From: an uncultured archaeon
GTDB lineage: Archaea; Asgardarchaeota; Lokiarchaeia; Sigyniarchaeales; SOKP01
Direction: 5' to 3'
NCBI GenBank assembly: GCA_964583985.1
Contig: CAZOYD010000023.1
Location: 1-48,326 of the forward strand
Length of the DNA stretch: 48,326 nt
Shown one piece after another: positions 28,663 through 37,801 of the stretch. Positions within the stretch are counted from its first letter, which is position 1. Each line of letters begins with the position of its first letter. The position numbers and the translations under genes are program-made. Below the pieces are notes generated by a model. The model did no database searches and was not told where the DNA came from. It saw only the letters and a program-made list of their open reading frames with translations.

Positions 28663-28854
28663 TTGAAAAGTTATCAAGAAATAATTAAAGGAGATACTTT
28701 TAATGAATCTGATGAGTATTTTGTAGAAACACACTTATCTAAAATGTGTTGGGGCTGTGAGACTAAACATAATTCAGGACACATGGTTTGGGATGCCTCT
28801 AAAATGCGTAGAATATTCTTTTGTGAAGATTGCTTTAAAAAAATGAAAAAATAA
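28663..28854 (+). CDS. Small zinc-finger-like protein
   Basis: CWGC...CEDC; AGGAGA SD before the TTG start. Confidence 0.6.
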   Translation: MKSYQEIIKGDTFNESDEYFVETHLSKMCWGCETKHNSGHMVWDASKMRRIFFCEDCFKKMKK

Positions 28855-28905
28855 TGCACTAACACTAAAATTAAACAAAAAATAAGAATTGGGGTTACTT
28901 TTACG

Positions 28906-29274
28906 TTAGTAAATGAAAGTCATGAAGATTATCTGAAAGCGATCTATCTAATTTCAAGACATAAAAAGGGAGGGTGGGTGTCAAATTCGGAGATTTCCGA
29001 TTATTTAGGAATTAAACCCGCTTCCGTGTCTGGGATGCTACATAAATTAAAGGATAATGGTTTCATTATGTGGAAACCAAGAAGTTCTATAAGGTTAACT
29101 CAAAATGGAAAGAATGCTGCTACTCAGGTAATCAAAAATTATATAAAATTAAAAAAATTTTTCATAAGTATCCTTAAATTAGATGATAAAGATCTAATCG
29201 ATGCATTATGCTGTGGTATTGAGCATCACATTACACCTGAAGTGAGAAATTCCCTAGATAATTTATTAAACTAG
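28906..29274 (+). CDS. DtxR/MntR-family metal-dependent repressor (start uncertain, non-canonical)
   Basis: In-frame NESHEDYLKAIYLI lies upstream of the GTG at 28978; ISDYLGIKPASVSGMLHKL HTH, LTQNG and CGIEHHI. Confidence 0.85.
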   Translation, partial: LVNESHEDYLKAIYLISRHKKGGWVSNSEISDYLGIKPASVSGMLHKLKDNGFIMWKPRSSIRLTQNGKNAATQVIKNYIKLKKFFISILKLDDKDLIDALCCGIEHHITPEVRNSLDNLLN

Positions 29275-29330
29275 CTATTTATTTTGGAAATTTTATATAT
29301 ACTAGCTACTTAGAAAAACAAGCTTAAAAA

Positions 29331-29348
29331 TGTTAAACATCTTTAACA
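29331..29348. promoter_or_regulatory. Palindromic candidate operator
   Basis: TGTTAAA-catc-TTTAACA between the DtxR gene and the thioredoxin-like gene. Confidence 0.45.
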
Positions 29349-29384
29349 ATTAATTAAATTGTTTATTACAAATTAAAAAAGATA

Positions 29385-29681
29385 GTGAATGATATAAAAG
29401 AAGTGTCAGTTCTAATTTTAATTAAAGACGATCCCGAAAATGTTTGTGCAAAGTGTTGCAAAACGACACAAGTTATTGATAGAATGATGGAAGAAATAGC
29501 AGAATTTAAGGACAAAGTAAAGATTATATATATAGATACCAAATCAAAAGAAGATATTGATAAATTTAAAAATCTCGAAAGACCTGCAGTTATCATAAAT
29601 GATAAGGTGTTTTCTGAGGGACACATACCTATTATTAAAAAACTGAGCAGAGAATTATTCAAAATATTAAATTCAACTTAA
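29385..29681 (+). CDS. Small thioredoxin-like redox protein
   Basis: CAKC(C) motif; PAVIINDKVFSEGHIP resembles small redox-active disulfide proteins (Thioredoxin_3 type). Confidence 0.7.
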   Translation: MNDIKEVSVLILIKDDPENVCAKCCKTTQVIDRMMEEIAEFKDKVKIIYIDTKSKEDIDKFKNLERPAVIINDKVFSEGHIPIIKKLSRELFKILNST

Positions 29682-29741
29682 CAGTTTTACAAGTGAAAAA
29701 AAGTGGGATATTTATTTAGTTTTTAATGTTTTTTAAATGAA

Positions 29742-30653
29742 TTATTTACTTTTTTCGTCAAAATCAGTTAAATGTTTGAATCGTCCACCTAAAATATTTA
29801 CCATATCTGAGGGAACAATAATCCATGCGCCTTTTTCTTTCATTGATTCATATAAAATATTCATTGCACGTAAATTTAATGCAACTTCATCACTTTCGTA
29901 AATTTTAGCCGCATTTATGAATTTATTGGCAATTTGTTCTTCAGAACCGGCTAAAATTATCCGGGCTTGGCGTTCTCTTTCCGCTTGTGCTTGTCTGCTC
30001 ATTGCATCCTGTAATGCTGTAGGAATAATAACATCTCTAAGCTCAACAGCAATTGATTTTACACCCCATTCTTCCGTGCGTTCATCAATTATTCTTTCAA
30101 GTTCATGGGATATTTCTTCTCGCCCCACAAGCATTTGACTTAATTCTGTTTTTCCAATTATGTCCCGTAAAGAAGTTTGAGCTGCCCATGAAATCGCTGT
30201 CTGATAGTCTTGTACGTGGATAGATGCTTTAAACGCATCATTTACTTGCCAAAATAATACGGCATCTACATTAACGGGTACGTTATCTTTCGTTAAGGTC
30301 TGTTCGGCTGAAAAAGTAGTCGTTATAATTCTAATATCTAACGTGAAAGGTATTTTATATACAAATGGGAATAGCCAAAACATCCCTGGACCACGCATTT
30401 TTTTATATTTTCCCAATAATAATGTTGGAACCCGTATCCATTCGGGTAGGATATAAATTCCTGCCATTAAAAAGCCTAAGACTATTAAAATAATGACTAC
30501 TGTCAAAATTAAAATATTTATCGCAACTTGGAAAAATATATTTGCGATTACCATTCCAATTAAAACAATTAATCCAACAATAAAAAGAAAGTAGCCCACT
30601 CCACGTATTGAGTTTCCTCCTACTGAATATCGATTAAATTTATCTGACATCAT
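29742..30653 (-). CDS. SPFH/stomatin (slipin) membrane protein
   Basis: GPG, LTKDNVPVNVDAV, AQTSLRDIIG, WGVK..VEL and AMSRQAQAERERQA. Confidence 0.93.
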   Translation of the reverse strand: MMSDKFNRYSVGGNSIRGVGYFLFIVGLIVLIGMVIANIFFQVAINILILTVVIILIVLGFLMAGIYILPEWIRVPTLLLGKYKKMRGPGMFWLFPFVYKIPFTLDIRIITTTFSAEQTLTKDNVPVNVDAVLFWQVNDAFKASIHVQDYQTAISWAAQTSLRDIIGKTELSQMLVGREEISHELERIIDERTEEWGVKSIAVELRDVIIPTALQDAMSRQAQAERERQARIILAGSEEQIANKFINAAKIYESDEVALNLRAMNILYESMKEKGAWIIVPSDMVNILGGRFKHLTDFDEKSK

Positions 30654-30692
30654 AATTGTTTAAATGATTATCATCATTGTATAAAAATGTTT

Positions 30693-31793
30693 TTATAATA
30701 ATTTTAAACATTTTGCTAAACATCTATTAACACAGGCATTACAATTTATGCATTTTTCGAGATTTTTTAAATCAACCTTATTATCTTTATCATTAAATAC
30801 ATACAAATTCCTAGGGCATACTTCTATACACACCTTACATCCAATGCATTTTTCTCTCTCAATATTTATTTGTCCGTATGGTTGTAATGTATATTCACCA
30901 AACAGGAATTTCATTTTCTTTCCACCTTTCTTCCATGTCTTTTCACCTAATTCACTTTTATAGATGGGTGTTAAGCCATTAAAATCTTCTGCCATAATCG
31001 TAGTAATTAACAGAGAAAATGAAATATTCCATAGCAGATAGAAAAGATCAAAAATAATAAACAAATTAAATATAGTAATTAGTCCAAGAATTATCCCTTC
31101 ATAAATCCATACTTTTATTTTTCCTGTTCCTATGGGAATGCTTGGTAATAGTATCATTGACCCATAAATTATTATAACAAAAATCAAAAGTGTATCTAAA
31201 TAGAGTAATAGATTCAAAATTGGTAAAAAAATTGCAGTAATCCAATAGATAACTGAAATAAAAAGAATTAAGATAAAGAAATATAATGAAGCCATTTCTG
31301 CTCTGTGAGAGATAGGAAATCTTACTATTCTCTGTGCTTCTGACTTACTAAATTTTTGTTTTATAAAAGAAGGGATATCTTTAGCATATACGGGACCGAA
31401 CTTTATATCCCACTTTGTCTTTTTTTTAATAACGATTGGATCTATTCCGGGAGCGCTTAATTGGGGTATAATTAAAGTTCTATGAGAAACAAGATCATCG
31501 ATTCCGCTGGTTTTTATAATTGATAGGACAGAATCCGTATTAAAATCATCTCCGCACGCTCCACACCATACATTGATTCCTTTAGATGGAGCAACCAATA
31601 AATAACAGTCGAGATTCTTTATTGCTTTTAAAACTCGTTTTACTGTTAAATTAAAATTGCATGTTAGTAATACAGGACTTTCATTTGTAGGGTTTCCAAT
31701 TTTAATGAGGGTTGGTTCAACAGGAAAACCCGTCCATCTTAGAAAAAATCCGAGGAATAATTTTATTGACTCTTTTATACTCATTTTTCTCAT
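30693..31793 (-). CDS. Fused HgcAB-like protein: corrinoid-binding CdhD/HgcA-type domain, TM helices and 2x[4Fe-4S]
   Basis: IGNPTNESPVLLTCNFNLT, cap-helix GINVWCGACG, LIIPQLSAPG, FGPVYAKDIP, about 4 TM segments, CIGCKVCIEVCP and CINCNACVNRC. Confidence 0.88.
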   Translation of the reverse strand: MRKMSIKESIKLFLGFFLRWTGFPVEPTLIKIGNPTNESPVLLTCNFNLTVKRVLKAIKNLDCYLLVAPSKGINVWCGACGDDFNTDSVLSIIKTSGIDDLVSHRTLIIPQLSAPGIDPIVIKKKTKWDIKFGPVYAKDIPSFIKQKFSKSEAQRIVRFPISHRAEMASLYFFILILFISVIYWITAIFLPILNLLLYLDTLLIFVIIIYGSMILLPSIPIGTGKIKVWIYEGIILGLITIFNLFIIFDLFYLLWNISFSLLITTIMAEDFNGLTPIYKSELGEKTWKKGGKKMKFLFGEYTLQPYGQINIEREKCIGCKVCIEVCPRNLYVFNDKDNKVDLKNLEKCINCNACVNRCLAKCLKLL

Positions 31794-31817
31794 ATTTAAT
31801 AGTAATTATTATAACCT

Positions 31818-32480
31818 TTAGGATTGTTTTTTTTTCAACCTAAATAACTTTAAAGTATCTAATAAATAATATTTTTCTTCAATCAAAGAAAAATTATTAC
31901 TTTCAAGTCGTATTTCTATATTTCTCAATGATTTAGTGGTCAATTGGGACTTAAAATATGTGATAATTATCAAGGGAGTTCTTATGAAGAAATAAACAAT
32001 TTTTTTCCAAATTTTTTTAGGTTTCACCTCATCAACCAAAATAAATTCTCCATTATCTTTTAATATTCTATTGATTTGCTTTAAACAAAAATCCTGCTCT
32101 TCCCCATAAAATTCACTAAAAGATAAAATGGCGATAATTTTATCAAATGACTTATCCGAAAATTTTTCATCTAATTCTATAACTGGCATTTTAATAACTT
32201 GAATACTCTTAGTTAATCCTTCTAATTCAATTTTTTTTTTAGCAACTTCAAGCATTTTTTCCGAATTATCAATACCGGTAACTATTACTCCTTTTTTACC
32301 ACATAGAATAGCGAAGGTTCCTGTACCCATACCGATATCTAAAATTGTTTCCTTTTTATTTATTAAGTTATCAACAATATACTTGTTGATTTTAAGTAAG
32401 CGTCCTAATGTCAAATTCTTCATTCCCTTGTCGTATCTTTCTGCCTTCTTTTCCAATGCTTTCATATAAACATAAGACAT
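31818..32480 (-). CDS. Class I SAM-dependent methyltransferase (corrinoid-protein-associated, CpaM-like)
   Basis: ILDIGMGTG, GIDNSEKML, SFDKI and LKDNGEFILVDE; N-terminus MSYVYMKALE...YDKG...LTLG; 24 bp upstream of the HgcAB-like gene. Confidence 0.85.
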   Translation of the reverse strand: MSYVYMKALEKKAERYDKGMKNLTLGRLLKINKYIVDNLINKKETILDIGMGTGTFAILCGKKGVIVTGIDNSEKMLEVAKKKIELEGLTKSIQVIKMPVIELDEKFSDKSFDKIIAILSFSEFYGEEQDFCLKQINRILKDNGEFILVDEVKPKKIWKKIVYFFIRTPLIIITYFKSQLTTKSLRNIEIRLESNNFSLIEEKYYLLDTLKLFRLKKKQS

Positions 32481-32589
32481 TTAAGAATCAACTTTTTTAT
32501 ATAAATTACTTCTTTTTCTATATTATCTAAAATACTAATTTATTTATTTGCAGAATACTCTTAGGAAAATTAATAGTTCAATCTCATCT

Positions 32590-32895
32590 TTAATTTTTTT
32601 TGATTTCATTCTCTTTTTCTTTTTTTAATTCCTTTAACTTCTGCTTCAACGCTTTTTTTTTATTCTTGGTTAAAATCGAAATCTCTTTATTAAATATTTT
32701 TAAAATATATTTTAATTCAGAGATTCTCCCGTTTAAATCTCTTTTTTCCTTCTTAATAGAACCCATATCTCGATAATCTTGTTCATATTTAGAATAGATT
32801 TCATTGAGAACTGTATCGAATTCGATTGAAATTTTTTTTTGAATTTCAGCTTCCTTTTCCTTATATTTTTCTTCGATTTCATTCAAATTTGTCAT
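32590..32895 (-). CDS. Small charged coiled-coil protein
   Basis: 101-aa K/E-rich ORF with an ATG start. Confidence 0.55.
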   Translation of the reverse strand: MTNLNEIEEKYKEKEAEIQKKISIEFDTVLNEIYSKYEQDYRDMGSIKKEKRDLNGRISELKYILKIFNKEISILTKNKKKALKQKLKELKKEKENEIKKN

Positions 32896-33029
32896 AATTA
32901 TTATCTTTAGCCTAACTAATAAAAGTTTATTGAAATATTAGTAATATTAAATAACCATTCGATCTTGTTCTGTAACTGAAAAATATAAGGATCATTCAAT
33001 AAGAAAACAGAAAAGTCAAAAAAATCATA

Positions 33030-33053
33030 TTAACCGAATATCTATTCGGTTAA
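33030..33053. repeat. Perfect 11-bp inverted repeat
   Basis: TTAACCGAATA-tc-TATTCGGTTAA. Confidence 0.7.
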
Positions 33054-33062
33054 ATAAATAAT

Positions 33063-34721
33063 CTACAACCACTTTATTACGTAAAGTGGCCACTTTTTTA
33101 AAACACCTTTAGGGTATTTCCCACTTCTGACCTTATCTAGCATTTCTGACCGAATTTTCAAGAAATCCACTGGATCTTCTTCAATCAATTGAATTCCTAT
33201 CCCACCATCTAAAATACACTTTCTAAAATTATCATTCTTGACACAATTCAACAAAATTTCTTTAAAATTCTTTCGATTGATACATTCTGCTCCATAATTT
33301 GAATTCAATATTATCTTCCAGCTTTCATCTATACCCTTTTTGGGAGATACTAATAAAAGCAGATCAATATTTGATTTACTTTCAATCCCTAAGCATTTTA
33401 TTAACATGCGAGGATCTAAAATTTCAAAGGTATTAAAATTAAAGTAGTCACCGGCATAAACCGTATATCCTTTTTTTAAATGTAAATTTTCAGAGATTTT
33501 TATTGGATATTTTAATTGAAATTCTGAACGCAAAATTTTACCGTTAATTTGAGGGAGAGCTTGTTGATTTACTAATTGGATAACATCCCCAATATCTAAA
33601 TTGATAAATACTTTAGTATCATCAAATCGAGATATTAGAAGCTTTCCAAATTTACTGTTACTATCGGAAATTAATTGTTTTTTTCCTTTATATTCTAGTA
33701 CTGGTAAAGTTAAAGGAAATACGGTAAGAATATCTTTTTGTGAAATACCCTTAAGATCCTTATTTATTGTTGCTGCAAATGGTCCTGTCTCAGATGATAC
33801 ATATAAATTAGTAAATTTTTCTTCTCCTTTTTCCCATTTCATAAATTGACGGATTAAATCCCAATCTCTTGAAGATAATGAACTTATACTAAAAATGAGA
33901 ACTGCTTTTGATAATTTATTAGAAAGCAACTCCTGTATTTCTTTTGCGGCAGTTGTAACACCCTTTTTTTTAACTTTTAAGAGAAGTTTTTCTAACATCG
34001 GGTCAGGTTCAGGATCAACATCATTGAGGGATTTTTGTAACCCTATTTGGAATTTTTCTATATCTGCCCAACCAAGGATTGTAATTGCTGGAGCGGAAAT
34101 TACAGAGATATCATTTAATGATAATATTTTTGCGATGATGTTGAGATTTTTTGAAAATTTATATTCGAAAAGAGTATAATTCGAAGGTTTCATTATTGCT
34201 AACATTAATCTCTGGGAGAATTCGGAAGAATATAGTGAGATAAAATTGGTATTTTCTGTATTATTTAATCCATCGATATCAAGCCTTGAAGGGATAAAAA
34301 TTATTGCCGAGGATTTAGAATCCAATCCGCTCGATTCAAAAATTGCTTGCATTCCTGGTGCCCAATATAGTTTTACATTCTTTTTTGACATATGTAGCCA
34401 TTTTAGCGAATTTATATCATTATTTGTAGTGCCTGAACTATGACATACAATTAAGGGTTCGGAACCATGAAAATTTGCGAGATAATCATTAAGATCGATA
34501 GAAATTTTTTTAGAATCAGTTTTTTCTCTTTCTATTCTTTCAAAAATATCGGTTACTATAGCTAATCCTGAATTTTTTAAAATATAATCAATATAATCTT
34601 CTTTTGATGAGATATCTAACCATTTTTTCCAATTGGTAGGTTGAATTTCAGAAAATATTTTATTAAAAAGCAATTGAACCTTGGGATCAAAATCGTTTGA
34701 TATCAATCTATTATCTTTCAC
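33063..34721 (-). CDS. Divergent adenylate-forming enzyme (GH3 / phenylacetate-CoA ligase-like)
   Basis: P-loop HSSGTT...LK, NLYVSSETG and LDIGDVI correspond to the ANL/GH3 core motifs. Confidence 0.6.
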   Translation of the reverse strand: MKDNRLISNDFDPKVQLLFNKIFSEIQPTNWKKWLDISSKEDYIDYILKNSGLAIVTDIFERIEREKTDSKKISIDLNDYLANFHGSEPLIVCHSSGTTNNDINSLKWLHMSKKNVKLYWAPGMQAIFESSGLDSKSSAIIFIPSRLDIDGLNNTENTNFISLYSSEFSQRLMLAIMKPSNYTLFEYKFSKNLNIIAKILSLNDISVISAPAITILGWADIEKFQIGLQKSLNDVDPEPDPMLEKLLLKVKKKGVTTAAKEIQELLSNKLSKAVLIFSISSLSSRDWDLIRQFMKWEKGEEKFTNLYVSSETGPFAATINKDLKGISQKDILTVFPLTLPVLEYKGKKQLISDSNSKFGKLLISRFDDTKVFINLDIGDVIQLVNQQALPQINGKILRSEFQLKYPIKISENLHLKKGYTVYAGDYFNFNTFEILDPRMLIKCLGIESKSNIDLLLLVSPKKGIDESWKIILNSNYGAECINRKNFKEILLNCVKNDNFRKCILDGGIGIQLIEEDPVDFLKIRSEMLDKVRSGKYPKGVLKKWPLYVIKWL

Positions 34722-34783
34722 TATAATTTTTCTTATTGATAATAAACTTAAGACAAATTATAATCTTTACGTGCAATATTCAT

Positions 34784-36133
34784 TTAACTTGCGAATTCCT
34801 CAATGATATCATAAATTTCTTCGATTAAGGAATTCATTTTTATCGTTTTTTGCTTTTCATTTTTCATATTCTTTATCGTAACTTCCTCTTGCTCCATCTC
34901 TTTAGATCCAATGATCAATGAAATCAATACCCCTAATTCATTGGCTTTACTTAATTGGTTTCCTAGATTATTAAATCTATAATCTATAATGCAAGGAAAA
35001 TCCTCATCACGAATTAATCTTGCCAGTTTAAGAGCATATTTTGAAACTTTATTATTAATTGAAGCAATGTAGATAGTATCAGAATAGTCTTTATTTCGGA
35101 TTTCTTCTGGTATTAGATTATACGTTTTTAAGAATAAAGAAAGCATTAATGTTCCCATCCCAAATCCTGTTCCAGTAATTTTTTCATCTGAGAATAGGTT
35201 AAGTAAATCATCATATCTCCCACCCCCAAAAATACTTCTCCTATTTTCTGTACCCATGTCAAATACTTCATATACTATCCCAGTATAATAATCTAATCCT
35301 CGTACTACTTTGGGAGAAAAACTACAATATTTAGAGATGTTAGCATCATCCAAGAGCTTTATAAATTCATCGAGTTCTTTGTAACCTGCAGTATTGAAAA
35401 ATGAATCTGGAATGGTATCAAAATTTGATAGTAGCTCTTTTAAACTTTTAGCATCTTTAATCTTTTTGATCCCTTGTATAATAGATTCATCTTGGAAGGA
35501 TTCGATGATAAATTTTTCAAATTCATCTGCTTCGATCTTATCAGATTTGTCTAGGATTTTATATATCACGGGTAGTTTGTCTTTAGGTACCTTTAAAACG
35601 ATTTCACAAAGAGCATCTATAAATCTTCGATTGTTATAACAAATTTGAAATTGGTTCGGTTTGGCTCCAAATTGCTTGAAAATGTCAATAATTATGTTAA
35701 AGATTTCTAAATCAGCAAATAAACTCTCTTCTCCCAATATGTCGAAATTTATTTGCTTAAATTGTCTTTTACGTCCACGTTGAGGTCTTTCATACCTAAA
35801 ACACGTCGGAATGGAAAACCATCTTATTGGTTTTTTAAGTTCTTGACTTTTTTTTGCAATCATTCGTGCTAAACTAGGAGTTAATTCCGGAATTAAGATG
35901 AGTCTTTCGCCTTCTTTTTTCTCAACAAAAAATGACTGTTCATTAACCAGTTCTTCAGATGATTTCGCGGCAAAAATTTCAATAGGTTCTAATTGCGGAC
36001 TTTCGAATTCTTCGAAAGAGTACCGTTCAGCCACATCACGAATATTTTCAATAATCCAGTTAAGTTCTCTTAAATCATCCGGATAATATTCTTCCATTCC
36101 TCGTAAAGGTTCTGTAGAAAATTTTTTAGACAT
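34784..36133 (-). CDS. hisS: Histidine--tRNA ligase
   Basis: PELTPSLAR, FRYERPQRGR.RQF.Q, VRGLDYYTG, GGGRYD and a C-terminal anticodon-binding domain. Confidence 0.97.
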   Translation of the reverse strand: MSKKFSTEPLRGMEEYYPDDLRELNWIIENIRDVAERYSFEEFESPQLEPIEIFAAKSSEELVNEQSFFVEKKEGERLILIPELTPSLARMIAKKSQELKKPIRWFSIPTCFRYERPQRGRKRQFKQINFDILGEESLFADLEIFNIIIDIFKQFGAKPNQFQICYNNRRFIDALCEIVLKVPKDKLPVIYKILDKSDKIEADEFEKFIIESFQDESIIQGIKKIKDAKSLKELLSNFDTIPDSFFNTAGYKELDEFIKLLDDANISKYCSFSPKVVRGLDYYTGIVYEVFDMGTENRRSIFGGGRYDDLLNLFSDEKITGTGFGMGTLMLSLFLKTYNLIPEEIRNKDYSDTIYIASINNKVSKYALKLARLIRDEDFPCIIDYRFNNLGNQLSKANELGVLISLIIGSKEMEQEEVTIKNMKNEKQKTIKMNSLIEEIYDIIEEFAS

Positions 36134-36208
36134 GGTTTACAACTTGAGATCGTGAATAAGAATGTAAATAAGTGGTTTCAAATAATTTTTTCGATTCTCA
36201 CTAATTTA

Positions 36209-36242
36209 AATTCGATTTTATATTTTTAGTTATAATCGAATT
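36209..36242. promoter_or_regulatory. Inverted repeat in a divergent promoter
   Basis: AATTCGATTTTA-N10-TATAATCGAATT (11 of 12 complementary). Confidence 0.45.
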
Positions 36243-36267
36243 AGATTTTTACACAGAGTGAATAGAA

Positions 36268-37347
36268 ATGGATGAGGAGTGGAAATCAGACATATCAACC
36301 CCCGCACTTGTTTTAAATTATGATTTGATGTTAAAAAATATTAAAACAATGGCAAATTTTGTAAAAGATTCTGGTGTGAACTTGAGACCTCATCTTAAAA
36401 CTGCCAAGATGCCCATAATTGCTCATATGATATTAAAGGAAGGAGGGGCACATGGAATTGCTGTTGCGAAAGTAGGAGAAGCTGAAATTTTTGCTCAATC
36501 TGGTATAGATGATATTTTAATAGCAAATCAGGTCATTGATTCCGAGCAAATTAAACGATTAGTTATGTTAAACAAATATGTGTTAGTACGATGTGCTGTT
36601 GATTCTAAAAAGAATATTATAGATTTGGGAAAATATGCAACTCATGCAAATATTGAACTCGAAGTGTTGCTTGAAATAAACTTAGGACTGGGCAGAGCGG
36701 GTGTAGAGCCCGGTGAATCAGCTTTAGAATTAGCTAAATTTATACGAGATACTCCAGGAGTCAAATTAGTTGGATTACAAGGTTATGAGGGTCACTTAAC
36801 TCCAATGATGAATGTCGTACAAAGAGAAGCCATGACAAGGGAATGCATGGATTTGTTAATTGAGACAAAGAAATTGCTTAATGAAAACGGTTTTGATATT
36901 AATTATATTTCAACATCGGGGTCTGCTACTTATATGCATGCGGCTATGTGTAATGGGATTACGGAAATTCAACCAGGAACTTATGTATTTTCCGATGAAC
37001 ATCTATTTCGCGCCAATCCCATATTTGATATCGCAGTAACAGTATTGAGTACTGTTCAAAACCAAACTGGAAGAAGAGAATTCACGATTGATGCCGGAAC
37101 AAAATCAATTGCAACAGGAGACGGGAAACCAATTATCAAAAACTTTCCCAAAATTAAAATTCGAGTAATGAATGAAGAACACACTCAATTAAAAAGTATC
37201 GGTGCTGACTTAGAGATAGGGCAGAAAATTGAATTAATTCCCGCACATATTTGTCCGACAATCAATTTACATGATTACATACATGTAATAAAAAATAATG
37301 AATATTGTGGAAAGTGGGCTATTCTCGCTCGAGGTAAAAATTACTAA
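36268..37347 (+). CDS. Fold-type III PLP enzyme of the D-threonine aldolase / DSD1 D-serine dehydratase family
   Basis: TPAL, LRPHLKTAK, GLQGYEGH, EIQPGTYVF, IDAGTKS, NEEH and PAHICPT. Confidence 0.88.
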   Translation: MDEEWKSDISTPALVLNYDLMLKNIKTMANFVKDSGVNLRPHLKTAKMPIIAHMILKEGGAHGIAVAKVGEAEIFAQSGIDDILIANQVIDSEQIKRLVMLNKYVLVRCAVDSKKNIIDLGKYATHANIELEVLLEINLGLGRAGVEPGESALELAKFIRDTPGVKLVGLQGYEGHLTPMMNVVQREAMTRECMDLLIETKKLLNENGFDINYISTSGSATYMHAAMCNGITEIQPGTYVFSDEHLFRANPIFDIAVTVLSTVQNQTGRREFTIDAGTKSIATGDGKPIIKNFPKIKIRVMNEEHTQLKSIGADLEIGQKIELIPAHICPTINLHDYIHVIKNNEYCGKWAILARGKNY

Positions 37348-37361
37348 AAAATAAGATATAG

Positions 37362-37754
37362 GTGAATAATAATAAAATGGTCGATTTAGAACACATAAAT
37401 CCCGGTACCCCTGTTGCTGGACCATATAGTCCAGGAGTAAAAGTTGGAAATCTTTTATTCATATCAGGACAAGGTCCTAAACAAGGTGCTACAGAGATTA
37501 AAGAACAAACTTATAGTGTTTTAGAAAATATTAAAGCTATTGTTGAAGCAGCAGGAGGAAAAGTGGCAAACCTCGTACATATAAAGGTTTATTTGAGAGA
37601 TATGAACGATTTTGGTAAAATGAATAGAACTTATAAGAAATTTTTCGAAGATAATGGCATAACTGATAATTTTCCTTCAAGATCTACACTTGAAGTATCT
37701 GGTTTACCCGTAGCTTCAATGTTATTAGAGTTAGATGCCATAGCTTCAATATAA
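37362..37754 (+). CDS. ridA: RidA/YjgF-family enamine deaminase
   Basis: GPYSPGV, LFISGQ, VYLRDMNDF..MN, FPSRS and LLELDAIA. Confidence 0.88.
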   Translation: MNNNKMVDLEHINPGTPVAGPYSPGVKVGNLLFISGQGPKQGATEIKEQTYSVLENIKAIVEAAGGKVANLVHIKVYLRDMNDFGKMNRTYKKFFEDNGITDNFPSRSTLEVSGLPVASMLLELDAIASI

Positions 37755-37801
37755 TTCTTTTTTTATTTTAATATAGCATTGAAGATAAAAATTAGTATGG
37801 A

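Noticed and set aside
30693-31793. Bona fide mercury methylase hgcAB
   Set aside because: Cap-helix motif deviates (NVWCGACG), the protein is a fusion, and the HgcB terminal Cys-Cys is missing
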